Shown one piece after another: positions 1 to 11,950 of a stretch of DNA of 64,000 nucleotides (the stretch's first letter is position 1; each line of letters opens with the position of its first letter). The stretch is from Leptogorgia sarmentosa (lineage: Eukaryota), in assembly GCA_964658305.1 (NCBI GenBank), contig OZ210885.1, positions 20,212,001-20,276,000 on the forward strand, given 5' to 3'. The position numbers were made by a program, and so were the translations under genes. The notes under the pieces are model-generated. The model was not told where the DNA came from, searched no databases, and saw only the letters and a program-made list of their open reading frames with translations.

Positions 1-1557
1 TGCTCTTTTGTAAACATTTACAAAAATCTAAATTTGTATTTTCTCCAGAAAAACACCATTCATCCCCCATTTCATTTTGTACAATGCATAGATTTGGTTC
101 GTGAATTCCATTCTCTTGCTGACACTCATAGTCAAAGAAGAACAACTGATCATAGCTTTCCTTCTCCCCCTCTTTTTCCTTTGGTTTTTTCATGTAACAA
201 TGATGTACATCCTTATTACCAACAAGCTCTCCCCACACGTTTTGCATTTTGTTTGTTGGCATAGATGATCTGGTAGGTGGTGAATTCTCATTGATTTTCC
301 ACATTTCAAACACTTTTTCATTTGTTGACATACAGATTGACCATTTTCTATAGGGTTTTTATGTCTATCAAAACACGATTGGCTCTTAAACACCCGTCTA
401 CAATCCGTACAGCTTCTTGGATCAATCCATGAACAATCTAAACCACGACACATTTTGCACTGGCTATCACATAAATGATCCACTGTATGATCATAAGGTT
501 TTCTGCACATGTGGCAAAAATAACCCCGACTTAAAAATGCAGGCATTGACGTAATAACATCATAGTGGTTATTATGTAAGTACAAATAAATACATTTCGC
601 TTCCGTAGCAACGGGTTGTTATGGGTGTATAATTGTATCTCCGGCGTCCATCGAAACAATGTTTATTTCATACCCCGTCAAATATTTCTGGAACTGTTTC
701 ACCTCGGAAATCCCGCACGATCCTAAAGGGACGCCCGCCTTTTCATGTAAATCCTGTGCTGCTTTCCCCTGCGCAGGCCTACGGGAATCCGCTAATAACT
801 TGTACCTTTTGTCTTTATCAATTTTTGCAATAGCAACCACCAAAGCTCGGGCTAAACATAAATTGTCTTTGTTCTTAATGACCACCATCGATCTCTTATG
901 TAAATAACTCAGTAAATCAATATCATTACGTCCTTTTCTTCTTCCGCTACCGTTTGGCATCTCGACGTGTACAATATCAACAATAGCTGACTCGTTTAAA
1001 CGTAACTCCTGTTTGGATTGTACAACACGTTCAATTTGAGAAAAAACATGTTCAGGTGTCAGACGTGAAACAGGCATAAACGGTAGTGATATTGGTTTAT
1101 CCAACTGATCCGTACGCAAAACAAATCGAATCAAATCGCTTTCCTGCATTCCTTCCGTAACATCGGTAAGTAGTTGCTCAAAAATTTGTTGTGTACGTTC
1201 ATACTCTCGAACAAGATCAAGATCTTCCAAATCATTAAAGTGTACAGAATAATCCACGGCTGTTGTACGATACTTTTTGGCTTTTACTTGACGAACTTCA
1301 TTAATTGTATAAAACTTTTCCGGTGTTCTAACTTCGTCATCTTCGGCTTTTCTTTTTTTCCCTCCATATTGTATATCGGTTTTGGGATCAGGTACATCCC
1401 AAATCCATGAGTCGTTCGTATCTCCCCATTCCCACTCAGCATTTTGCGGTTCTGTCATAACAATATCTTACTGTTCTTCGACATTTGTTTTCGGATCGGG
1501 TACATTCCAAATCCATGCGTCGTTTGTATCTTCCCACTGCCACTCATCACGCTCCAT
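1..1557 (-). pseudogene. Maverick/Polinton (adintovirus-type) protein-primed DNA polymerase B, N-terminal part, disrupted; runs off the window start
   Basis: ORFs 619-1458 and 190-585 are in frame across a TAA at 619-621. Motifs KNKDNLCLARALVVA, YLHNNHYDVITSMPAFL and a Cys-rich region; after a frameshift near 215 the minus strand reads HCYM...LFFFDYECQQENGIHEPNLC (ExoI-like). This matches animal Maverick pPolB N-termini. Confidence 0.85.
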
Positions 1558-1687
1558 ACTTATTGAATAAAAAACTTACTTTCACAGCATTCATATACTC
1601 ACATGAACAAAAACTCACAACATTTATATACTCACAAACCACAAGGTAAATAACCGCAAGTAAAAAACGCATGTAAAGAACTGTGAG

Positions 1688-1787
1688 TAAATAATCGCAC
1701 CCCCTTTTAATAAATAATCGCACCCCCTTTTAATAAATAATTGCACCCCCTTTTAATAAATAATCGCACCCCCTTTTAATAAATAAT
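1688..1787. repeat. 23-bp tandem repeat (taaataatcgcacccccttttaa) x ~4.3
   Basis: Four near-identical copies read directly, one with a c>t change. Confidence 0.95.
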
Positions 1788-2007
1788 TACAAACAAACAA
1801 AAAACATTTTATATTTTTATTAAAAACATTTTATTTATTTATTTATTAAAAAAATTTTAGAATTAAAATTCGCTGTATTTTAAAAATACATAACTAAAAA
1901 TTTTCAATATCCAGTTCTCCGTATAATTCCTCATATGCCACTATTTCAGGTATTTCGGGTAAATCTTGTGTTAACTCTTTTACGAGTTGATCCAATTCAT
2001 TCAACTC

Positions 2008-2117
2008 CAGCTGCATTTGTGGTGGCCCCGGTGTGTTTAGCTGCATCTGTGGTGGCTCTGGTGTTTAGCTGTATTTGTGGTGGCTCGTGTGTTTAGCTGT
2101 ATTTGTGGTGGCTCCGG
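2008..2117. repeat. ~27-30-bp tandem repeat (agctgcatttgtggtggctc...gtgtgttt) x ~4
   Basis: Directly visible; the minus strand reads (EPPQMQLNT)-like, possibly a decayed Maverick accessory ORF. Confidence 0.8.
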
Positions 2118-2501
2118 TTTCTTTCGCAACGACCCCGCTCATATTCCAGTTTTTTGTTTTTAGTATACGTATTGGCATACATGTTCACTTTAATGCTTAC
2201 TTACGCTCACAAAAATGTGAAAAAACAATTTTTGTTATTCGTTTTTAAAAACGTTCGATAGCTCTATACGCTGTTTTTATTGGTTTAAAACCGCACGTAA
2301 TAATTCAGAACATTTTAAAAACATTGTGGGAAAAAACCGCACGTGAAAACCACATAAATAACACATGAAAAGAACGTTTTACCGATAATTATACAGAACA
2401 TTTTAAACCGCACGTTTTTCCTGATAATTATTCAGAACATTTTAAAACTGCAAGTAAAATAAGTGCACGTAAATAATCGTATGTAAAAACACGCGTAAAT
2501 T

Positions 2502-2798
2502 GTGTATATAAAGAAAAAATGTATACAAGTTAAACATTGCAAATTGGATAGCTACCTAGATGAACAGTTTTTATCCTACTACTCAGTACCAAGAAGAGAT
2601 CCTGAACTACCAAGTCGTACAAAACAGGAAATAATTCTGACAGCAATCGCTGACACCGCTACTAAAATCAGGATTTACAAATCGCTAACGGAATCAGAAA
2701 AAGAGGAAGAACTAGCAATTGGAGGACCAACCATAGAACAAAGAATAAAGAATCTAAAAGAAGCAGAAAAAGAACTAAAAAAGATGCTAAAACAATGA
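2502..2798 (+). CDS. small hypothetical ORF with coiled-coil-like C-terminus, possibly a Maverick accessory gene
   Basis: 98-aa ORF, A-rich codons, divergent from pPolB; no motif recognised. Confidence 0.3.
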   Translation: MYIKKKCIQVKHCKLDSYLDEQFLSYYSVPRRDPELPSRTKQEIILTAIADTATKIRIYKSLTESEKEEELAIGGPTIEQRIKNLKEAEKELKKMLKQ

Positions 2799-3169
2799 TT
2801 CTAACGACTATGGTACTATTAAAGATGTGTTAAAATGTATTTATAAACTCCTTAAAATGTACCGTCGTGGTCAAATTTTTTGCACGCGGATTGTTTTGCT
2901 CTAACTCCGTGTAAAATAATGTAAACTCCTTGAAAATATGTGTGTTATTCTTTATTTACATCATAATTACGAAAAAATAAAGCAAATCAGAGCTCAAAAA
3001 CATCATGAAATTACCTTGCGTTATACTTAAAGTCCTCATTCTGATGTGGTTGATGATCGTTGGTGGAAATGGTTTCATAGACCTCTGTAAACCGGGAAAT
3101 TGTCCAAAAAATCGCAAAAATATGAAAATAAATTTACCCCCACAACGGGGATAAAACTACATAAAAAGG

Positions 3170-5129
3170 GGTACAGCCCCCCCCCCCGTCGGGGAACCCT
3201 AGCCCCCTGTCGGGGAAAATCTGACAATTCGTCGGGGAACAGAGCAGGAGATTTATTAAGATGAAAGTTACGACAGTTGTACTTATACGCTTGTAGCCAT
3301 TAGAATTATGTCTTCTGACAGATATTGTCTTATGAACGTTGTACAAGATAAAACGTTTTACCAATCCTTATCTTATGTCAGAGAACAGATACTTTAATTA
3401 CTTTAATTAAACTTTAAATAAAAGTTTGCGCGCGTTATAACCGCTGTCGCCAGTCGCTTTCCGGACCTCCGGTCTCCAATTTTTATACAAAGGGAAAAGA
3501 CTAAACGGCTAAACTGCTAAAACTTGGTTTATTTTGAAAATTGAATGAGGTTTTTATATATATATACATATATATAATGTATATGTATGAACTTTGATAA
3601 ACGGGCCTAAACCATGAAGCGCGCTGGCTACCGGGCCTATTCAGTTCGCAATTATCGGCAATCGGATGTTCGACATATTGCCAAGAAAATAAGCCGCGGG
3701 CACAGCTCGGCAGTCAGCATTCTATCCATTACAGTATCAAAGACAGCGATGTAGACAGTATTCGTAGTCGTTGTAAAGACAGTAATGTTGTAACAAATGT
3801 AGTGCCATCGCCATCACGCCATGGGCACAGCTCTCTTACAGACTACAGTATGTCAAAGGCCAATCGCTTTAACGTGCGTTGTACGCTTTGTAACGAAGTG
3901 TTCCAAAAGGATTGTTACGAGGCATACAAAGTCGAAGCACAAAGACTTGCACAATTCTGGTCGCAATGCGCCGACGGCGGATGACAGAGGCCATCGACCT
4001 AATTGCTACGTTGAAGGAGGAGTTGCAAGTATGCCGCTCTAGAGATAAGTGTCAGGAGTTCTGGGATGATGCAGAAGTAGTTGGCAATCGCTTAAATCTC
4101 CCTGAGAATGCACGAGCTGTCAGGCGAAGGCGCCCACCGGCAGCTTTGCAGGATTTCATCGTCGAAGCCACCATTGAAGATGGAGCTACAGGAGCAGGGT
4201 TCGAGGAATACATTCGGGATGTTTACGAGATCGTGGGCAAAGTTAATGCAGAGTTAGAAAAGAGATTTGATGACAATAACGTTGTTATGATGAGAGGAAT
4301 CAGTACTTTGTCCCCCGGTTCCACGACATTTCTGGATGAAAACTCGCTTGCAGCCTTCGCTAATTTATTCCATGCAAACATCATCAACCTCCGCTCTGAA
4401 GTTGTCACGTTCAAGCACTTGCTTGAAAGAAAAGAGGAGCAAGAGAAGCCCAAGAATCTCCTGCAATTGCAAGCATATTTGACGAAGTTAAAGGAAGCCT
4501 TTTTCGAGCTGCATCGTCTTGCGTTAATTGCCTGCACTCTGCCTGTGTCATCAGCTGAATGTGAACGGAACTTCAGCTCAATGCGGCTAATAAAGAACGA
4601 TCTTCGATCAGTGATGGCACAGGAACGTTTAGACAGCCTGATGATGCTAGGAATTCATCGCGATCGAGGGAGCAAACTGGACTTAGACACTGTAGTTGAC
4701 AGGTTCAAAGCTAGGTTTCCTAAATGTAGAATTGCACTCTGAACGTAATGTTGAACATTCCATGGCGTGATATTTTTCTGTTAATGTTGCCTGTTTATAT
4801 GTGTTTTATAGTAATTGCTGTAAAATATTCTAAAAAGCTAATACAAATTACTTCCTAAAGTCTTCCATCAATTCATTTATAGTACAAAGAAATTCATTTG
4901 ATGAATTCCTCATACGGTTCCTAGCTTTCTGTTCTCAATTTGTAAATTGTTCATTCATTGGTATAGAATTATTAAACTATATGTACGATAGTTTAATAGT
5001 GTATTATACCATTCTACACGTTGTCAAAATTGCATGGGAAATGTAACGTTTAAATAACAACTTTGGGGCGTGGCCATGAGAGCATAATGGCTCAGCCCCC
5101 CTGTCGGAGAATTTCTGGCGCCACACCTG
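3170..5129 (+). mobile_element. internally deleted hAT element; 3' terminus visible, 5' terminus not found
   Basis: Ends ...agcccccctgtcggagaatttctggcgccacacctg (CAGG-type hAT end); the related motif agccccctgtcggggaaaat occurs near 3200. Left boundary approximate. Confidence 0.6.
3912..4742 (+). pseudogene. hAT transposase C-terminal fragment (hATC dimerisation domain)
   Basis: TLPVSSAECERNFSSMRLIKNDLRSVMAQERLDSLMML is the hATC signature; the N-terminal two-thirds are absent. Confidence 0.9.
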
Positions 5130-5134
5130 CTTTC

Positions 5135-5717
5135 CACCTCGACTTTCCTTCAAGCGAAAGTTATTCAAGCTGTACATTTCCCCCTCTTGAGACAGTCAAC
5201 AAAAGTTTCCCATAACACTAACTTCATTGAGCTCGTTTTATCAACAATATACCTTCTTGCTTCTTTAACGAGCCACAAGTTGTTTGAAGGACTTTAACTG
5301 CTGACAACTTCATAACTTTTGCATGGACACTAACAATTGTTCTACTGATACCTTTTGCAGTGAGGATAAAATGCACTCAGTTGATCTAGATATCTCTCGA
5401 TGTGGAAATGTTAATCCCTGAATTGAGTTAATGGAGGTGTTGTTGTTGATTACCACATCATCTGAACCTTTTTTAGAGCTTAGCTTGAAATTTGAGATCA
5501 TCACTGGGGATTTTGCATCCTGGTGTTTGCAGAACTCAGATCTTTTTTTAGGAGAGAATGAAACAATGCAAACAAGTTGCTGTGGCGATGTTTGGAGTTG
5601 AGCTGTAAAATAGGAGGTTTGGTTGCTCTGTTTTACAAGTGAAACAGAGTGAACATAACACAATATGTCCTTGCCTTCAACCAAAGGTGTATCTATATTA
5701 ATAAAAATAGAATCCAT
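5135..5717 (-). pseudogene. RPA-like tandem OB-fold ssDNA-binding protein fragment
   Basis: CYVHSVSLVKQSNQTSYFTAQLQT...VSFSPKKR...SPVMISNF, then after frameshifts GI.VDKTSSMKLVLWETFVD (DxT/SxxxxLxLW OB-fold pattern); cut at the hAT end. Confidence 0.55.
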
Positions 5718-6739
5718 ATTAATAAAAATAGACTCAAAACAGTTAAGTGGTAATAAATAAAATTTTAAGTAGTTATTGACTGATACGCCCTAGTGTTCCC
5801 CTCTCTGCTCTTATATGTCTCGTCTAAAAGCAACTATTCAAACTGCACTTTGACCCAAGTCATTATACTGGTGTTTTAATAGTCAAAACACTTTAGTACA
5901 TTCCGATTAATTCCTCAATTTTTGCTGTAAAGTCATTAAGAAGGAATGCTATTGTTAGGGTCAGATTTATGGTTTGGGACTGGTTTATTTTGTGAATTTC
6001 TGCCACCCCAAGCGCATGGGTGGCAATAAAGTCAATTGATTCGTCTACAAGTAATACTGTACCTTTATATCCAGTGGTATCCATTTATACAAATATAATA
6101 CGCTAGCAATATCTTGATATTCTCTAAAAATTTCAAGTAGTACAGAATATTAAAAACCTATAGACATATCCGTGCAATTATTCTATAAAAGCACTCAAAG
6201 ACAACTCACCTTTGCTTTACAAAATGTCGAAAACGTTTCCAAACGCCTAAAACTCTGCCTTCGCCATGTGCTCGATCCTTTGAACTGTAAAATCAATGTA
6301 TGCCAATTTCTGATTGGCTCACATTGAGTCTTATATATCAGTGACCTTGACTGGGTGTCTGCCAAATGAAAACCCCTCTGTATCCCAAAATGGTCCACTG
6401 ATCTGAAAATATACAATGTCCCGGATCGTGGTGACATCATACAATTAGATTTTTTAATCTGTCATTTCATTGGTTCATGCTAATTATATTATACCACTGT
6501 TGATATATTTTATACTGATCACAACTTTAATTAGATTCTTATGGTGTGAAATTTAAATGTTTCCTGCAATATTTTGATTGGGTACTAAATATAAACTTTG
6601 CTCAGGGTATTATTTATAAATATAAGTTATTTAACCTCTTCTTATCCTCTTCTTCTGGAATTAAACATAGCACCACCATCGCTGCTACCACTTTTTCCCG
6701 GCCTATTAACAAAACAACAGGAAGTTCACCCACTAACCA

Positions 6740-7390
6740 ATCTCCAGTTAGCAGGGTGGCTAGTATCAGCCAATCCTACACAGCAGCTGGAGTTTCAAAA
6801 TCAGCTCAAAACTTGCTTCTCGCTACATGGAGAAAAGCTATGTCAGATGCTTATTCCTCAGCTTGGCAAAAATGGGCCAGCTGGTGTGGTGAACGGGAAA
6901 TTAATCCCGTTTGTGCCGATATTGCCTCCGTTCTAGACTTTCTTACATCTGAGTTTGAATCAGGGAAAGCTTACCGAACTTTAAATGTGTATTGGTCTGC
7001 CATTTCTATGAGTAAGAGTGGGTAAACATCCTTTAGTATCTCAATTGTTGAAAGGAGTGTCCAATTCATGCCCACCATTACCATGTTATTCCATCACTTG
7101 GGATATCCAAACTCCTTAGGTTGTAATGAAGCCTTGTCACTTAAGTGTTTGTCACAGAAGTTGGGCATGAATTCATAAAAGATGCAGAAGTAAACAACAG
7201 TGCTTTTAAAGCTCACTCAACAAGAAGCGCTACATCTTCTGCTGCTATTAGAAATAATTGCACTCTTAAAGATATCTTGGCTTCAGCTGATTGGACTACA
7301 GACTCCACGTTTAAATGGTTTTACTATAGACTGGTTTATAGTAAGCAGGTTGTGCATAGTATTCTAAGTGCATCTTCCAACAGTTCATGA
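6740..7390 (+). pseudogene. DIRS1-type tyrosine recombinase remnant (internally deleted)
   Basis: SAM-like N-terminus (WRKAMSDAYSSAWQKWASWCGEREINP...VLDFL...AYRTLNVYWSAIS) and catalytic end (FKAHSTRSATSSAA...DILASADWTTDSTFKWFYYR). Confidence 0.88.
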
Positions 7391-7404
7391 GCAGCTTTGA
7401 ACTT

Positions 7405-7522
7405 ACATTGTTATATCGAGGCGACTGTTCTGAAATATAATTACAGATTATGCAAGGGCCGCTTGCGGCCTGACGTATAATATGAATTATATGAAGATAA
7501 AGGAGACGAGATATAACAATGT
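7405..7522. repeat. inverted-repeat structure after the YR stop, probable DIRS internal complementary region
   Basis: acattgttatatc (7405-7417) and gatataacaatgt (7510-7522) are exact reverse complements; position matches DIRS architecture. Confidence 0.6.
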
Positions 7523-9179
7523 TCCACACCCCACCCTCCCAGAGTTATGAATTGGGGCCCATGAACTATTGTTGTACACCATCACTTGGGTGTACATTTC
7601 CAAATAATCATTGCTGTTATGCTTTCGGGGAAACTGACTATGCTTCTGAAGCATGTCCTCACAGATTCTTTTCAATGGGATTTTCCTTCACTCAGTGATG
7701 AAGTCAACTCTTTCTATTTTTTTTCAAGTCTTTGGAAAGGATAAACTTCTCATACTAAACAAAACATAAAATTATCTCACTAAACCTTTAAAGACATAAA
7801 GGATGTGTTTTCTAGGTTTTGTGAAATAGGATCAAAATATACTTTATTAGAACAAATAAGAACGGAATGAAATAAATTGTGGATGTATCAACAAGCAGCA
7901 AATTTAAAGTTCAACCTGAAGGCTGGTTTCCAGTCAGTGGATTTTGCGCACAGGCAGAATTTTTTAGACGGATTTTGCTGTGGGCGGATTGAAGGGCATT
8001 TTGCAATTTATGTTCTGCAAAATGGTGGCTACTAGCAACGGCAAGCAGCTTAGACAAATAATTCTTCTTTACTTGTTGAGAAGACATATTCAGAGAAGAA
8101 AGTATTTCAAGAGCAAGTGGGTTAGAAAGTTATTTGTTGAATGAAAAATAAAAGGCGAATTTTGGTTACTAATTAAAGACATGGAACTTTACGACCATGA
8201 ATACTTTTTCAAGTCGTTCAGAATGAGTCCTACTTCTTTGGAGCAACTTCTTTCATGGATAGGCCCTCGTATTTTCAAGTCGTCGCTAAGACGAGAAGCA
8301 ATTAGTCCAAAGGAAAGGCTGTGTGTTACCTTACGTTATCTTGTCATGGGTGATGCACAAGTAACTATCGCTGCATCGTACAGAATAGGCCCAGCAACTG
8401 TAAGTAAAATAATAAAGGAGACAACAAAAGCCATTTGGGACGAAGGGATTTTTGCATGTTCCTAGAACTTCAATAGAGTGGAAGGTCATTTCGAAGACTT
8501 TAAAGAAAAGTGAAACTTCCCTACGTGTATCGGAGCTATAGATGGCAAGCATGTTGTTGTCCAAGCACCGCCCAGGTCTGGATCTGATCTTTTCAATTAC
8601 AAGAAGACATGGCAGTTTGTGATGCCGATTATCAGTTTACCCTTGTGGATGTGGGAGATGCAGGCAGACAAAGTGACGGGGGTGTTTATAGCAACAGCAA
8701 GCTGGGTTTTACAATTGACAATCAATTACTTGGTTTTCCCTCAAGTGAAAAGCTGCCCTCCTCTGAAATTAAAGTTCCTTCTGTCTTTGTGGCTGATGAT
8801 GCATTTCCACTAAAGAGCAACATCATGAAACCCTATCCGGGCAAGTAGGTGTAATATCCTGACCTTCATGTAATATGCATGCACCTCATTATATATGTGT
8901 ATTTAAATAGCTAGTAAATTATATTCAAAACCATTGCATGACTGCCACGTATGCAGTAAACATTACATTGGCGACGAGGATGAAAACACGAAAATATTGT
9001 AAAAATATCGCAGCAAAAATACCTAGCAAGATAAGCGAAGCTAGATGATGAGTTAGCAAAGACTCTACAACAGACATTTAGAAAAACCCGAAGAAATAAA
9101 CTGAGCAAAAGTGAACGAAAGAAATCGGACTTTGAGACGAAATTCAAAAGCCGAAGGGCAAGCAGCAGAGCAGAACAAT

Positions 9180-10810
9180 ATGAGAGTAATAGCGACGAGC
9201 AAAACTCTTAAAATAGAGCCGTTTAAGATTCCAGACAACGAATTTAAAAGTCGGCAGAGCGTGGGAAGAATGGATGGAAGACTTCGAAGACAAAATAACA
9301 TATTTCAAGATACGAGAAATACGAGACAAAGTTAGCACTCTGAAAATATATGGCGGACAAGAACTGAAAAAGTTGGCACCCAATCTACCAGATCCACCAC
9401 CTATTGAAGTAGATAACGAGTACGAGAAACTAAAAAGGAAATTAAACAATCATTTTCTACCAAAGAAAAACAAACACTATGCAAGATATATGTTTAGTAA
9501 ACAATGAATGGAGTCATATGAAAGTATCGTCGCGTACGCAGCCAGAATGTGTGAGAAAGCGAGAGATTGTGAATTTGGAGATCAAGCTGACGACAGAATT
9601 CTAGAACACTTGATGCAAACTATCAAAGACAATGATCTTATTAAGAGATGCATTCAAAAACGATGGAACTTAGAACAGTTTATCGAAGAAGCCAGTCAAC
9701 GTGAAGATATTGGACAACAAGTGAAAGATATGAAAGACGACCATAAAGTAGCAAGAATAGGTCAACGAGCAGAAAAACACAAACAAGATTACAAATTCAC
9801 AAGTTGGAAACAAGCACACAGATCGTACACCAAACGTGATGGGGGCTAAAGGCAAAGCAAGAATGGAACAAGCCTGGAAAGATGTGTGGCTACTGCGGAA
9901 AAACAGATAGTAACAAATCTGGCCAGAATTGCCCAGCGTTCGGAAAACAATGTTTAAAGTGTGGCAAGTACAATCACTTCGCAATATGTTGCAAGAGTGG
10001 TAAAAGTGAGAAACCTGGAGGGAGCAACAGAAACAGAGACCACCGGGGTGGAAACTCCCAGAAGCACATCAAGAAAACATCGGAGGATCACACAAGCAGC
10101 GACTCCGACGACGAATTTATATCGCAAGCAGCCAAACATGTGTCGCATCATGTAAAGAGAGTCTGATCAGGCAAGAACCAGGACACTGTATTGATCAGAA
10201 TAGGAGATATCGACGCTAGCATTGAACCAGACAGCGGAGCAAGTGCAAACATAATGGACGAGTACCAATTTAGAGCTCTTCAACACAGATCGAAGTCCAT
10301 CAAAGAATTGGAACTGAGCAACAACACCTTAAAGACACTCCAATCCACACTGGTAGTAAAAGGCGAGTTCAGGACCATATTACGAAACTGTAATCGGGGT
10401 ACGAGTAAATTTCTGGTGATCGAAGGCAAAATGGATTCACCACCGCTGTTATGCAAGAACACGCTGATTGAACTCGGAATGCTCAAGATAAAACCGCAAG
10501 GAACCCTGAAAGAGACGAATGAACTTAGAATACACTCCGTGAAAGCAACAGGTGAAATGGAAGCAATCCTTGACGAATATAAATAAGTTTTTAAAGGAAT
10601 TGGATGCATTCGAGACAAGAACACAGGAGAAGAAATCGAAGTCAAATTAGAAATCGACCCAGAAGCAATACCAGTAGCACAGAAACCCAGACATGTGGCA
10701 TACCACCTGCAACAACCTTTGAAAGAATGGCTGAACCAAGGCGTTGAAGAGAAAATATTCGAGAAAGTCCCAGATGGGGAACCAATCACTTGGTGTTCAC
10801 CGCTAGTGGT
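9180..10810 (+). pseudogene. Gypsy 1 gag-protease and first residues of RT
   Basis: CPAFGKQCLKCGKYNHFAICC knuckle; EPDSGASANIM protease; WCSPLVV start of RT; several in-frame stops. Confidence 0.9.
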
Positions 10811-11950
10811 TTGAACAGTATGATCGACACAGCAATTGATCAGTGTTATGAATGCAAAGTAACAACCAAAGATCATCGAGAAAAAACAATCAAAGTGACA
10901 AATATTCCAAGCAAACCATGGGATACAGTATCAGTCGACCACGGTGGACCGTATCCGAATGGTCATTACAACCTTGTTATGATTGACAAGAGAACACGCT
11001 ACCCAGTAGTAGAAGCGGTCCCTTCAACCAATTTCCCAGCAAACAAAGAGAGAATGAAGCACATTTTCGCCACCTACGGTATGCCAAGAAGAATAGAAAC
11101 AGACAACGGACCACCATTCAACTCTAGAGAATTTAAACAGTTTGGACGAGAAGAAGGATTTGAACATCATAACATAACACCATTGCATCCTCGAGCAAAT
11201 GGTGAAGCAGAACGATTTATGCAGATATTAAACAAGACGGAAAGAGTAGCCAACCTTCAAGGGAAAAATCGTCTTGAGAGACAGAACGCAATACAAGACA
11301 TGTTAGTTGCATACAGATCGACACCACACCCAGCAACAGGAGTTACACCTTATGAAGCGATGAGTAGAGCAACTATAAGAACCAAAATGGATCATGTAGA
11401 ACCAAAGTCAGAGAATACGGAATTCGACGAACAGATCGACCAAAGAGATGCTATTTACAAACAGAAAATGAAGAAACGCAGAGAAGGGAAGCAAACGAAG
11501 AAAACTTCATTATTACTTGGTGATTACGTGCTGGTGAGGCAACCAAAAAAGAACAAATGGACTACACCGTATGAACCAGTGTTTTACACCGTCTATGAAA
11601 TCCGAGGTTCACAAATATTAGCATGACGAACGACAGATGGACGAACGGTTTGTCGTGAAGCAAGCCAATTTAAGCTTGTGAACTCTGTGATGGGAACTAT
11701 TAATGAAGATTGAACTTTCGCGGGAAGAGAAATTGGTGACATATCGAAACCGAGACGAGCAACAAACAAAACAGACGGTGATTCAAGATCAGAATCCAAG
11801 AAACATTCCAGAGAAGAATATAACCGAAGTACAAATACAAGAACAAGGTCATTCCAACATTAGTGAAATAACACCTGAAGGGAATCAAATGCAAGCGGAG
11901 GAAGAAACAACTAGCAGAACAGAATGTAGAAACAACAAACATTGAGCCAA
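10811..11950 (+). pseudogene. Gypsy 1 integrase
   Basis: CYEC; PWDTVSVDHGGP; TDNGPPFNS; HPRANGEAERF; YRSTPHPATGVTP; premature TGA at 11624-11626. Confidence 0.93.

Noticed and set aside
1688..1787. CRISPR repeats
   Set aside because: Contiguous 23-bp units without spacers.
6546..7390. prophage or bacterial integrase
   Set aside because: Motifs and the downstream inverted repeat fit a DIRS retroelement; no phage genes nearby.
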